In this document: positions 1-9,993 of the stretch, one piece after another
How the letters are laid out: every line of letters starts with the position of its first letter
How positions within the stretch are numbered: the first letter of the stretch is position 1
Source: an uncultured virus (IMG/VR IMGVR_UViG_3300031088_000789)
Lineage: Duplodnaviria; Heunggongvirae; Uroviricota; Caudoviricetes
IMG/VR virus record: IMGVR_UViG_3300031088_000789
Direction: 5' to 3' (one strand)
DNA length: 64,000 bases
Program-made: the position numbers and the translations under genes
Notes under the pieces: model-generated
The model's database searches: none
The model's input: only the letters and a program-made list of their open reading frames with translations
Told to the model about the DNA's origin: nothing

Positions 1-69
1 ACGAGCAACATCCAAGTTAGTTTCATGGATAGAAAATGTTCTTAATTTTTTCTTTTCTTTTTTGCTCAT
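1..69 (-). CDS. 5' part of the ORF after tnpA (MSKKEKKKLRTFSIHETNLDVAR...), probably TnpB or other cargo; partial
   Basis: Open frame from ATG at 69 to the window edge, at the position tnpB holds in copy 3. Confidence 0.55.
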   Translation of the reverse strand, partial: MSKKEKKKLRTFSIHETNLDVAR

Positions 70-118
70 AAATAATTACTCAATAATGCCATAATAATAA
101 ACAAAAAACTATTAAAAG

Positions 119-694
119 TCAAGTAATTATTGATTTTTTATTATGATGAGAACGCTTTCCATACAATTTAGCAGAAAAAACTGTCATAAGTTCAATAACA
201 TCTTCTGCTAAAGTCACTTCAAAAGATTTAGATTCGGAACTGTTAATTATGACAACATTTGTGCCAAATGTTGAGCATAATTTAAAGATTAAATCCGAAC
301 CAAATCTTAATAAACGTTCTTTGTGAGTAAGATAAAGGGTATGAATTTTACGAGAGATGATTAAAGAAAGAAGATGAATTAAACCTTTTTTATTAAAATT
401 TAATCCACTGCCAAGATCAGAAATGACAATCTTATTGTCATTTTGAATATATTGATCTAAGAATTTGATTTGGGTTTCTAAGTCTTTTTTTTGATCGTGA
501 GAAGAAACTCTGGCATAACCAACATGCAATTTATTAGAATTATGAAGTTTAAGCAAGTCATCGAAGAAGAATCTTCGATGATTGCCAAGGGTTCGAAAAG
601 AACTAATTTTACCAAGTCGTTCCCAACGACGAAGAGTAACAACAGAAAGGCCAAGAAAAGAAGCAAATTTACCAATAGAAAGAGATTTAATCAT
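119..694 (-). CDS. tnpA: IS607-family serine recombinase/transposase TnpA (intact)
   Basis: MerR-like HTH (TLRRWE...GNHRRF) plus resolvase motifs YARVSS..QK.DL..Q, SDLGSGLNF, ERLLRFG, FSAKLYGKRS. Confidence 0.95.
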   Translation of the reverse strand: MIKSLSIGKFASFLGLSVVTLRRWERLGKISSFRTLGNHRRFFFDDLLKLHNSNKLHVGYARVSSHDQKKDLETQIKFLDQYIQNDNKIVISDLGSGLNFNKKGLIHLLSLIISRKIHTLYLTHKERLLRFGSDLIFKLCSTFGTNVVIINSSESKSFEVTLAEDVIELMTVFSAKLYGKRSHHNKKSIIT

Positions 695-772
695 AAAAAA
701 AATAGAGGTTGAAACCTCTATTTTAACACAAATGATCAGATTTGATCAAGGAAATGAGCTGCAGTTAGAAAC

Positions 773-1465
773 CCTAAAAAAAATCATGTTGATATAATTA
801 TGGAAGCAAAAGAAGAATTGGGATATTATATAATACGATATCCAAATACCATATATAGTCAAAGAGCTATCAATGTTGCTATTGAAACAGGTCTTTATGA
901 TGCTGCTTACAAGGATCGTTTGAATACTGATACTAAGGCATATGAAAATATTAAAGCAAGATTTGATGTAATTGCAAAAAAAGTTGAACGCAATAACCAA
1001 GTTAAATGTGGCAGAGTTGAAAAAGATATTATAAAAAATCCAATGCCTGCAAACGCTTTAAGTTATCAGCATATACACTCAACCACTGCTGAATGGGATA
1101 CTGGATCTTATAAAGATTTAACATATAGATCAGCGAAAGATACAAGAGAAAATGATCATATCCCTGCAAAAGCTTTCGTTTTAAAATATTTATCCATGAG
1201 AGACAATAATGGTATAAATTATAGTGGTGATAAATTAAACAATATTGTAAATAACGCTTCAGCCGTTAATATTGAAAAAAAACTTCATAATGAAGGTCGA
1301 ACTATGCGAGATAAAGTTTTATATAAACTATATTATGCTGATTTATCTGCAGCAACAATTGAAGATCTTAGCTGGCATTATATTAATTCCGATTATAATC
1401 CTCAAGTTTTAGTTGCCATGGAGCAAGTTTACTTAAGAAATTACAGGTTGTGTTTGTACGAATAA
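773..1465 (+). pseudogene. C-terminal part of an IS-interrupted gene with a polymorphic-toxin-like His-rich nuclease domain
   Basis: Frame is open from the IS junction (PKKNHVDIIMEAKE...). GSYKDL...DHIP...ASAV.I...H..GRT resembles Rhs/CdiA-type C-terminal nuclease domains. Confidence 0.55.
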
Positions 1466-1493
1466 ATGTTAATTTAATATTATAGGAGATTTT

Positions 1494-1964
1494 ATGAATA
1501 TTGACCTTATTAAAAACGATACATTTAGAGAGATTGTCTCAAATATTGTTGAGCCGTGCTCTTGGAAAAAGGTTGTTGAATTAAAATCATTTCCATTCGA
1601 TGAATGGCAATATTTTGAAAATGATATGCCTAATGAACCATCTTTAAACAATTTTAATTTGATTAAGCAAATGATTGCACTTTATGAAATTGATCAATAT
1701 GTGTATGGTGTTTTAACTATTGAAGGTATTGATTATATTGTTTCAGTCGATAATGAATTTACAATAAGAGTTGTTGGTGATACTGAATCCAATTGGCTTA
1801 GAACTATGTTTTATTTACATGATAATTTAGATAAGTTTGAGTTATTCATGCAAGAATGTAATAGAAAGTTAGGTATTCTTATTAAAGAACCTGACTTCGA
1901 ACATTTCTCGCATATTGATAATGACATATTAGAACCCTTAATATTTGGTAATTGGCAACCTTGA
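1494..1964 (+). CDS. acidic hypothetical protein, candidate immunity protein
   Basis: AGGAG RBS; directly after the toxin-like ORF; followed by a terminator. Confidence 0.5.
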   Translation: MNIDLIKNDTFREIVSNIVEPCSWKKVVELKSFPFDEWQYFENDMPNEPSLNNFNLIKQMIALYEIDQYVYGVLTIEGIDYIVSVDNEFTIRVVGDTESNWLRTMFYLHDNLDKFELFMQECNRKLGILIKEPDFEHFSHIDNDILEPLIFGNWQP

Positions 1965-1973
1965 TAAATATAT

Positions 1974-1998
1974 AAAAAAGAGGCCGTAGCCTCTTTTT
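1974..1998. terminator. bidirectional rho-independent terminator
   Basis: AAAAAAGAGGC-CGTA-GCCTCTTTTT between convergent genes. Confidence 0.8.
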
Positions 1999-2012
1999 AT
2001 TTTATATCTTGT

Positions 2013-2702
2013 TTATACTAAGACCATATCTACCATTTCCAGTCTTAATTTATAATCATCACTGGTGAAGTCATATGCAGCCGGAATCCACATTTCTGGC
2101 AACACTTCTTGCAGCATTGTGTTATCTCTGTTAAACCGCATATTAATCAGAAAAATCTCTTCTTCTGTTGTGCTCAGCATACTCTTATCTTTTTTCGAGA
2201 TAATGGATCTGAGTTTTTTTGTTTTTTGATCATAATAACGTTCACTAAATTCTGATTCAACCAACTCAAAATCGGCATTATATGTTAAATTGATAAACGA
2301 CTGTTCAAATTGAAAACCTTTAATCAGGTAGTTAAAAGACAGCACAATGCTTTTTACTTTCTGTTTTTCATCAAAAGAAATGGTGCATTGAGCAGGTTTT
2401 CTTTCTGTATTATTGCCAATATAAAATTTCAGTGGGGAATTAACCGCTTTCAATGTCAAAGTAGACGTATTGATGCGTTTTCCTTTTTGTGGGTTATCAA
2501 ATTTAAAGATAAATTTGTCATCGAATTGAATGTCTTGCTTTGATAAACAATCAATAATATGCTCAGCTAAATCTTCACCAAAATTGAATTGTTCAATAAT
2601 TCGAATTGTTTTATTCGTTACTTTGTCTCTTACTTTTTGTAGATTTGCATCTTGATGTATTTCACGAATTTCTTCACGCTCTGCTCGCATTGATTTCGAC
2701 AT
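2013..2702 (-). CDS. hypothetical protein (shared C-terminal tail family)
   Basis: 229-aa ORF with RBS; ends LEMVDMVLV. Confidence 0.8.
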   Translation of the reverse strand: MSKSMRAEREEIREIHQDANLQKVRDKVTNKTIRIIEQFNFGEDLAEHIIDCLSKQDIQFDDKFIFKFDNPQKGKRINTSTLTLKAVNSPLKFYIGNNTERKPAQCTISFDEKQKVKSIVLSFNYLIKGFQFEQSFINLTYNADFELVESEFSERYYDQKTKKLRSIISKKDKSMLSTTEEEIFLINMRFNRDNTMLQEVLPEMWIPAAYDFTSDDYKLRLEMVDMVLV

Positions 2703-2826
2703 ATCAATAACCTATTTTTTTTAATGAAACCTTATATTATCATACTTTTTTGATTGAAACAATACATTTGATTTGACTTTATATTTTTATTTTTATACAA
2801 TTCGTCCACTTACAGGAGCTATCACT

Positions 2827-3447
2827 ATGTTTTTTGCTGAACTTTTATATAAACTTTTTGAAATCATTACAACGCCTATTTGCTGGATGAAGTCCGCACT
2901 TTATTCCTTGCGTGATCTCAGAAAAGAACTCTGTGTTTTTTTAAATAACTATTATCAAGTCAACACATTTAGCCCAAAGGATTATGGTATTCGTGTTTAC
3001 TTATTTAGTGGTTTCGAATTTTACCATAAGCAAACAAAAGAAATTTTAGCTTCTAGCCCAGATATGACAACTAAATTTCTTGAACTCAGACTAAGCAATC
3101 TTCATTCAAAAGAATTTCCAACTAGCCAATTACCTCAATTGAATAAATTTTGTAGTGTTAAAGAAAACATTTCACTTTGGCACGATCACAGTAAAATCAA
3201 TCAAATTAGACACATTATCACACTATCACCTAATAAAGATTCAAAGAAATCAGTACATGACGAACCCGTTTATACAGATATCATGGTACTGAAAGATGGT
3301 AATGATAATGTCACTCATTTATCAAAAGAACTCTATGATTTCAGCTCTATGTATGGTGAGCAGATCAGTGTTTACAATTATAAAAATGATAAGAAACTTT
3401 CTGATATTTTCAACGAAATCATCAACGAAAAAACGACTGTTATCTAA
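2827..3447 (+). CDS. hypothetical protein
   Basis: CAGGAG RBS before ATG 2827; upstream TTGACT..TACAAT promoter. Confidence 0.75.
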   Translation: MFFAELLYKLFEIITTPICWMKSALYSLRDLRKELCVFLNNYYQVNTFSPKDYGIRVYLFSGFEFYHKQTKEILASSPDMTTKFLELRLSNLHSKEFPTSQLPQLNKFCSVKENISLWHDHSKINQIRHIITLSPNKDSKKSVHDEPVYTDIMVLKDGNDNVTHLSKELYDFSSMYGEQISVYNYKNDKKLSDIFNEIINEKTTVI

Positions 3448-3516
3448 TGGCCGTTTCTTGTAAAAACTTTAAAAGCATGATAAAATCATGCTTTAATTCG
3501 GTCAAAGGTTACCATT

Positions 3517-3846
3517 ATGAGTGTTCATATTAAGCATTGGGAATGGGATTCACCTGAAGAATGCCTTAAATGGCTGTTTGAAAATCATCCTGATATGAAA
3601 CATTATAACAGCCTTCATTTGTGGCAAGAGTCCTTTGCAACACTGGGTGGTGGTTGTTTGGCGGGTAGTTACAATTGGATTAATCCGAAAAAACTTGAAA
3701 ACCGTCTGTATTCTGTTCGCTGGTGTGATGATGCAGTAGCTATCCGCTTCCATGATCAGATTTTTGCTGCCAAGGTGCCCAATCGCCGTTATCCTGATCA
3801 GGTTGGCTGCGTATTACTCAGGTTGCCAACACCAGAACCTGTTTGA
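3517..3846 (+). CDS. hypothetical protein
   Basis: ORF with RBS and upstream -10 box. Confidence 0.75.
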   Translation: MSVHIKHWEWDSPEECLKWLFENHPDMKHYNSLHLWQESFATLGGGCLAGSYNWINPKKLENRLYSVRWCDDAVAIRFHDQIFAAKVPNRRYPDQVGCVLLRLPTPEPV

Positions 3847-3966
3847 TTTTCCAATATAAGGTCTTGCATTGACCATCGTTTCTTGCTATAATAGTTTTAA
3901 CACGGCCACCATTAGAATTTATTTTACTTGGTGGTTTTTTATTTCTACTGCATAGGAAAAATTGTT

Positions 3967-4284
3967 ATGACTTCTCAAGTCGTTCTCGCAATCGGTCATT
4001 CTTGCCCTTCGAATAGCAACCTCGCTCAATATGCACCAGAAGCTGTAAGTGTATGGTACAACAAAGACACTGCTTTTGTTGGCATGGTCGTTAATAATGA
4101 TTTTTCCAGTGTTCTGGATATTTCGAAGCTCGATTTTGATGCCATCAAAGCTCAATTTGCTGATTATCGCACATTGGTTGCCAAAATCGCTGGTGATCAT
4201 GAATGGAAAAGTCTTGATGACCGCCATGATTGGTTTGAACTGTTCAACTCTGGTGAACCACAGATTGTTGTTATGGCAAAATAA
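3967..4284 (+). CDS. hypothetical protein
   Basis: AGGA RBS; terminator GAGGC-TTCG-GCCTC follows. Confidence 0.75.
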   Translation: MTSQVVLAIGHSCPSNSNLAQYAPEAVSVWYNKDTAFVGMVVNNDFSSVLDISKLDFDAIKAQFADYRTLVAKIAGDHEWKSLDDRHDWFELFNSGEPQIVVMAK

Positions 4285-4367
4285 CAAGTTAATTCATGAT
4301 GAAATAAAAGAGGCTTCGGCCTCTTTTTTATTTGACTTTTTAAATATTAATTATATTTTATATTCAT

Positions 4368-4760
4368 ATGATTGATTTAAATAAAATAAAAGAAAAAATC
4401 AATATATCATTTAATATTGATAAGTTAAGTTATTTACAAAACCTTGTTCCGGGTACAGTTCAAAGTGAAGATATACAGTTTAATATTGATGACTTTGAAT
4501 CAGAAACAGCAATAGATTTAATTTATAACGAAAGTCAAATTATAGAACACACAAAAAAACACAATATTCTTTGTGTTGATAATAATTTAGAAACATTATC
4601 CAATCATCATATTATTATAGCTGAAGATGTTGGTGGCTCTCCTATTATTTTAGATTTGCTTTCTGGCTGTGTTCTTTTGTTTTGGTTTGATTTTGATGGA
4701 AAGTTAGCCTTATTATTTGATGACTTAAAATCATTTTATGATGCTCTATTGATGGATTAA
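4368..4760 (+). CDS. SMI1/KNR4 (SUKH)-like protein
   Basis: IIIAEDVGGSPIILDL..G.V..F...DDLKSF matches the SUKH C-terminal pattern. Confidence 0.65.
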   Translation: MIDLNKIKEKINISFNIDKLSYLQNLVPGTVQSEDIQFNIDDFESETAIDLIYNESQIIEHTKKHNILCVDNNLETLSNHHIIIAEDVGGSPIILDLLSGCVLLFWFDFDGKLALLFDDLKSFYDALLMD

Positions 4761-4859
4761 AAATAGATTTCATCTATTTTTTGCAATATTTTCATTAAGT
4801 TATTGCTATTTCCCTTCTCTTTTGTTACGATTGATGGACTATTAGGAGATAGATAATAC

Positions 4860-6260
4860 ATGTCAAAACATAATTTTAATTTTTCAGATGTTGCTGTTGT
4901 TAAATCCATTCCAAACGCTACCGAAGTTGTTGTAAGCACTTACCAATCCTCAGAAGATGGCCCTATTGTCCATGAAAGCGTACCTGTTGAACTCCATCGC
5001 CTCTTAGATGACAAAACTGTAAGTGCCTATCATGGATCGACTTATTTTGTTTTGATTCATGTTAAAGCTGATGACAAGACTATTGCAAAACAAGTTGTCG
5101 CTGCAGTTGCTGCTCTACCAAAACACCTGCAAAAAGTTGCAGTACTTGCCGATGTTGGATGTCTGAAGAAATTTACAGCAGATGTACTGGTTGCTACGGC
5201 TCAACAATGGTCTGCAAAATCTGAACAAAAACCAAAAGAACCCAAGTCTATTTCATTGGTTTATACAGGTGAAAAATCCCTTGTTGAATTGACTGAACGT
5301 ATCGCACTTGGTCGAGCACTGGCTTTAGCTCAAGCAACCAAAATTCGTTTGATCGAAATGCCTTCAAACTATCTCACTCCATCTAATTTGCTTGAAGAAG
5401 CTAAAACCATCAGGAATTCTAGCCAAAAGGTCACGCTTTCCTATGTCAGTGGCAAAGACTTGGAAGAAGAAGGTTACGGCTCGCTTTACGCTGTTTCCAG
5501 AGGTTCTGTTGAAGAAGGTCATTTGATCACGCTTGAATACAACGGTGGCGAGAAAGGTGAAGCTCCTATTGTGCTGGTCGGCAAAGGTCTTACTTTCGAT
5601 TCTGGTGGTATTTCTATCAAGCCTTCCCGTGGCATGGGCCGCATGAAAGGTGACATGGGTGGTGCGGCTACTGTTCTTGCGTCCTTGATTTACGCGATTG
5701 AAACCGATGTGAAGAAAAACATTGTGGCTATCATTGCTACGTGTGAAAACATGCCAGACGCTGCAGCTCTGAAACCGGGTGATGTGATTACCGCCAAGAA
5801 TGGTAAAACTATCGAAGTGGAAGATACTGATGCCGAAGGCCGTTTGGTGTTGGCTGATGCACTTTGCCACGCTCAAACCTTTAACGGAGCAGTCACCATT
5901 GATTTTGCTACCCTCACAGGTGCTGTTATCTCAGCGATTGGTCATGTTCACACAGGTCTGTTTACAGAGTGCGATGAATGGGCCGAAACTATTCTTAAAG
6001 CGGGTAAAGCATCTGGTGATACTGCTTGGCGTTTGCCTTTGGGTGATGAATACAGTCATTTCCTTGAAAGTTCAGTTGCAGACATGAACAACCTCTGTTT
6101 GGGTCAAGGTGCAGGTGCTACCAATGGTGCCATCTTCTTGCGTGAGTTTGCTCCAAAAGAAAACTGGATTCACCTTGATATTGCAGGCACCAGTGATCAC
6201 AATGGTGGTACTGGGCGACCAGTTGGCTTGATGTCACATTTCCTTGACACTTACCGCTGA
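4860..6260 (+). CDS. pepA: M17 leucyl aminopeptidase
   Basis: LVGKGLTFDSGG, MKGDMGGAA, DTDAEGRLVLAD, ATLTGA and WIHLDIAGT motifs. Confidence 0.95.
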   Translation: MSKHNFNFSDVAVVKSIPNATEVVVSTYQSSEDGPIVHESVPVELHRLLDDKTVSAYHGSTYFVLIHVKADDKTIAKQVVAAVAALPKHLQKVAVLADVGCLKKFTADVLVATAQQWSAKSEQKPKEPKSISLVYTGEKSLVELTERIALGRALALAQATKIRLIEMPSNYLTPSNLLEEAKTIRNSSQKVTLSYVSGKDLEEEGYGSLYAVSRGSVEEGHLITLEYNGGEKGEAPIVLVGKGLTFDSGGISIKPSRGMGRMKGDMGGAATVLASLIYAIETDVKKNIVAIIATCENMPDAAALKPGDVITAKNGKTIEVEDTDAEGRLVLADALCHAQTFNGAVTIDFATLTGAVISAIGHVHTGLFTECDEWAETILKAGKASGDTAWRLPLGDEYSHFLESSVADMNNLCLGQGAGATNGAIFLREFAPKENWIHLDIAGTSDHNGGTGRPVGLMSHFLDTYR

Positions 6261-6420
6261 TTGTCATTGATGTTTTATGAAAGAGCCTTCATGGCTCTTT
6301 TTTTTATTCTATTTACAAAGAAAAATGAAATTTCATTACTTCCCATAACACTTCCCATAACGTTGCTATTTTTCATTCATCATGGTACAATTCACGTAAT
6401 TATATTTGAGGCCAAATTCT

Positions 6421-7122
6421 ATGTTGCGTTATGACCATTTCATGACAGAAGGTGAACGAGAACTTGATTACTTTTGCCGCCTAGAAAACACCAATCTACC
6501 TACTCAGAAGACTTCCAAAGAAGTCACCAAGTTGATGGTTGACTTTATTCTTCGTAACAACATAAGCATGAATGGCCAGAAGGGCAATAAGTATGCTGCT
6601 TTTCGTGAGCATGGTGCGGACGTTCCATTTATTGGTGGTTTTGGTGCTCGCCATCAAATTGCACGCTTATTGTTAGGTCAAGATTTTAATATCAGTGCTC
6701 ATGCTCAATCTCATATTGATGGCATTATTGCTCTTTATGACAAAATTAACTTTGAAACTCAGTTTCTTGGCGAAGTTTGTGTGATTTTCTCATTGAAAGA
6801 AGATTATCAAACGCTCGAAGATGTTGAGTATATTGAATTTGTTTATAATTTCAGTTTAGCTACTGATAAAAACTATTATTACAATGCTGCGTTCTTAGTT
6901 CGTAATTATCTGAATGGCTCTGGTTTTGAGTGTTCAATGGAATCACAGGAGGACATGGACTATGAAATGGTTGTTCTTTTGACCACATCACTCACCCAGT
7001 TCCATGATATTTTACCCACTTTTATTGATAGACACAAACAACAATTCTGCCAAAAGTTAGGCTTAGATGTTAATGAATACAATCAGGATACTAACATGCT
7101 TATTCAGATGATTGACATTTGA
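6421..7122 (+). CDS. hypothetical protein (shared C-terminal tail family)
   Basis: GAGG RBS; ends MLIQMIDI. Confidence 0.75.
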   Translation: MLRYDHFMTEGERELDYFCRLENTNLPTQKTSKEVTKLMVDFILRNNISMNGQKGNKYAAFREHGADVPFIGGFGARHQIARLLLGQDFNISAHAQSHIDGIIALYDKINFETQFLGEVCVIFSLKEDYQTLEDVEYIEFVYNFSLATDKNYYYNAAFLVRNYLNGSGFECSMESQEDMDYEMVVLLTTSLTQFHDILPTFIDRHKQQFCQKLGLDVNEYNQDTNMLIQMIDI

Positions 7123-7194
7123 TTTTATTATTTTTTTTGTTATGATTGTCAATCATTAGGAGTCTAATTATGTTAAATAAAATGGTTAATTTTT

Positions 7195-7401
7195 ATGAAT
7201 ATTAATATTAAACTCATAAAGCTTATTGATGAAGAACCTCCTGAAAATCAGGAGTGTTTGTTTATTCTTGCAGATTATCCGAATCGTTTGTTTTCTGGTA
7301 TTTATGATATCTATTCTTGCACTTTTTTGTCTGATGGCTTTGCTTATGATGCCGATAATGTTATAGGGTGGTGCTTAAATAACATATCGATTACTTATTA
7401 A
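7195..7401 (+). CDS. small hypothetical protein (DUF551-like pattern)
   Basis: EEPPENQECL...VIGW pattern. Confidence 0.5.
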   Translation: MNINIKLIKLIDEEPPENQECLFILADYPNRLFSGIYDIYSCTFLSDGFAYDADNVIGWCLNNISITY

Positions 7402-7425
7402 ATCGTCCATCTAGGTTCTTTTTCT

Positions 7426-8010
7426 ATGTTCAAAAAAATAGCTACTTTTGTATTCTTTTGTATGTTCACCCTCCTTGCTGGCTGCTCTGGCACTCCGTTC
7501 TATGGTCCAATGACAGCTATTCATGATGATAAAACAGTAGATATTGGCTCCTATGTTCAATGGAACAATGAGTATGCTGTAACCGCTAAACATGTCAAAT
7601 ATGTGCCCAATATTGTCTATGTTTCGAAAGATTACGACCTCGTATTTTTTAAACATCCATCAACAGCCACTGTTCGATGGGCCGACACTCATGTAAATGA
7701 AAATCTTGTTTCAAAAGGATTTCCATTTTTTCCCAAACGCAATAAAGAATTATCTCTTGCTGGTCAAAGTGTAGATATTAATCTGACTATGGATAACCTT
7801 CCACACTATTATCTTATTGATGCTTTGCTCGTTGCAGGTATGTCTGGTGGCCCAGTATTGAATAGTCGAAATGAAGTTGTGGGCATTAATATTGGTTATA
7901 CTAAAAAGCTCTATAACATCAATAATAAAACTCAACACTACTCTGTTTATCTATCCCATCAGGGCATTCAAAAAGAGTGGATTAAGTTTCAAGAAATTAA
8001 CCAAGATTAA
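7426..8010 (+). CDS. trypsin-like serine protease lipoprotein
   Basis: Lipobox LAGC; triad motifs VTAKH, YDL, GMSGGPV. Confidence 0.85.
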   Translation: MFKKIATFVFFCMFTLLAGCSGTPFYGPMTAIHDDKTVDIGSYVQWNNEYAVTAKHVKYVPNIVYVSKDYDLVFFKHPSTATVRWADTHVNENLVSKGFPFFPKRNKELSLAGQSVDINLTMDNLPHYYLIDALLVAGMSGGPVLNSRNEVVGINIGYTKKLYNINNKTQHYSVYLSHQGIQKEWIKFQEINQD

Positions 8011-8082
8011 TTATTTCGTCGTTGACTATTTGCTTTGTATCAAATACGAAGTATACTTATTTTATTATTTTAGGAGCCAATA

Positions 8083-8358
8083 ATGTCAGATAAAAATAAT
8101 GCTTTGTTTACTGATTATTTAAGAAGACCGGGTGATAATCGTCCTGATCACGAACGATTTATTAATGTTAATCCTCCACCTACACAAGAACAAATTGATC
8201 ATCTTCGATCTATACAAATACCAAAGGCACCACCATCTGCACCTCATACAAAAACAGGAGCTACTTTTTCGAGTATCAAAACTATTATTTTGAATGATGA
8301 TAATTTGACTGCAGAGCAAAAATGTCGTTTGATTACTAATATTGGGTTGTTGTATTAA
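8083..8358 (+). CDS. hypothetical protein
   Basis: AGGAG RBS. Confidence 0.7.
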   Translation: MSDKNNALFTDYLRRPGDNRPDHERFINVNPPPTQEQIDHLRSIQIPKAPPSAPHTKTGATFSSIKTIILNDDNLTAEQKCRLITNIGLLY

Positions 8359-8420
8359 ATGCTTGTGCTAATTGATATGATTCTGTTATAATGTAGGTTC
8401 GCCTATCATGGGGTTTTAAT

Positions 8421-8912
8421 ATGAAAAAGTTTCCTAAATACCAGAAAGATTTTATTATATTCTTTACTTTATTGGCTTTTTGTTTATTTTCTATATATGG
8501 ATCTTATCGTTTGTATGATTATGGAGCAAATCGTACACATAGTGAAACCCGACATGCAAGAATGATTGATGTATTTGATAATGCATATGACTATAAAGGT
8601 CAACATTATTATTATACTTATGGCAATTTTCTTGATTATAAGTCTGGTCAGTATTTCGTTGCTCCCATTACTGTATTGACTTTCAACACATTTAAAAAGG
8701 ATGGTAATAAACCTATTGAAACCAGTTGGGTGTATAGTATAGATGATATGGAAAGAACTTTGAAAGGTAGTTTGGCTCAGATGGCTGGTTTTTTTGGAGT
8801 CGTTTTCTTCATCTTTTTTGGTATCTTTAATTTTTCAGAACTTATAATGACTTCATATAAAAGGAAAGAATACTTATATAAACGAGTTATTTTACATAAC
8901 AAAACTTTGTAA
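8421..8912 (+). CDS. two-TM membrane protein, paralog 1 of 4
   Basis: Hydrophobic N- and C-terminal segments; G.F.D..SG..F.A.I...F...G..PIE core. Confidence 0.75.
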   Translation: MKKFPKYQKDFIIFFTLLAFCLFSIYGSYRLYDYGANRTHSETRHARMIDVFDNAYDYKGQHYYYTYGNFLDYKSGQYFVAPITVLTFNTFKKDGNKPIETSWVYSIDDMERTLKGSLAQMAGFFGVVFFIFFGIFNFSELIMTSYKRKEYLYKRVILHNKTL

Positions 8913-9045
8913 ATCAATAAAAAAAAAGTAAAAAATCAGCATTTTAGATGCTATAAAATTAATCTCCAAATGCAACGTAAAATTTGATTTATTCTTGTAT
9001 CTGTTGTATAATCGTCATTCCGTTTAATTCTAAAGGTTTTTTACA

Positions 9046-9483
9046 ATGAGAAAAATCGAAGCTTTTCAGTGGATTGCTGTTCTTATTGCAATGCTAGGAT
9101 TAAGCTATTTGGCCAATGACGCTGCCAATAGCCGTCAAATGGAAATTACGCGATCAGTTATTTTGATTGATACCGAACTTGTTAATAAAGAATATCACGA
9201 TGTCGCATACACTGAAATAAAAGGTGTGTTTTATGAACCGTCGATGCAGAAAAAATTTACAGCCTCTATCGATGATCCTTTGTATGTTTCGTTCATGTCA
9301 GGTGGCAAGAAACCTATTGAAATCCGACGAGCATTCAGTCTGGATACTATTGATGGCACTTTCGCTGGTCCGCTTTTTCGAGCGGTAAGTATCATCATCT
9401 TGGGTTACTTGATTTTCACATTAATTCAGTTGGGTTCTCTTCAAAATAGATTTACACCCCTAAAAAAAACATTGATTATATGA
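9046..9483 (+). CDS. two-TM membrane protein, paralog 2 of 4
   Basis: KFTASIDD.LY..F..G..KPIE...SLDTI core. Confidence 0.8.
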   Translation: MRKIEAFQWIAVLIAMLGLSYLANDAANSRQMEITRSVILIDTELVNKEYHDVAYTEIKGVFYEPSMQKKFTASIDDPLYVSFMSGGKKPIEIRRAFSLDTIDGTFAGPLFRAVSIIILGYLIFTLIQLGSLQNRFTPLKKTLII

Positions 9484-9525
9484 GTCTTTTTTGATAGAAT
9501 TTAAATCTTACGTTTAGGTGACTTT

Positions 9526-9993
9526 ATGAATAAAATTTTGATGGGTTTACTATTTTCTTTGGCTATTGTATCCGGTATTACTGGATATTTGTTGCTGGGC
9601 GAAGGCAAAATTCGTGAAACACCCATTTTGCGAGATGTTGTCTTGTATGACACTTCCATGACTTCGTATAAGTCAAAAAGCAAAGATGTTTTTAACACGA
9701 AAGGCTATTTTATTGACAAAGAAACAAATTCAAAATTTGTAGCTTCTATTGAAGACAAGCTCTATCGTGAATTCCATCGTGGCAATGAAAGCCCCATCGA
9801 GTTGCAAAAAGCTGTGAGTATTGACACCATTGAAAACTCACAAGAAGGTGCTCTATATAGATTGGCTGGTACCATGATGCCTATTATTATAATTGGTTTT
9901 GTTGTTTCCTTTTTCATCATTGAAACAGAACGTTTGCGAAGAACTAAACCTAAATCTTCTAAAAAGGAGTTAAAACATGACTCATATTTCTAA
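9526..9993 (+). CDS. two-TM membrane protein, paralog 3 of 4
   Basis: KFVASIED.LY..F..G..SPIE...SIDTI core. Confidence 0.8.
   Translation: MNKILMGLLFSLAIVSGITGYLLLGEGKIRETPILRDVVLYDTSMTSYKSKSKDVFNTKGYFIDKETNSKFVASIEDKLYREFHRGNESPIELQKAVSIDTIENSQEGALYRLAGTMMPIIIIGFVVSFFIIETERLRRTKPKSSKKELKHDSYF

Larger units (their letters stand above)
1..773 (-). mobile_element. IS607-family element, copy 1 (left end, tnpA, start of downstream ORF; continues beyond window)
   Basis: Left end (minus strand GGGTttctaactgc...TTGATCAAATCTGATCA) matches the left ends near 55317 and 51939; contains an IS607 TnpA. Confidence 0.9.

Noticed and set aside
6337..6361. 12-bp tandem repeat ACTTCCCATAAC x2
   Set aside because: Only two copies; likely slippage, with no evidence of function.
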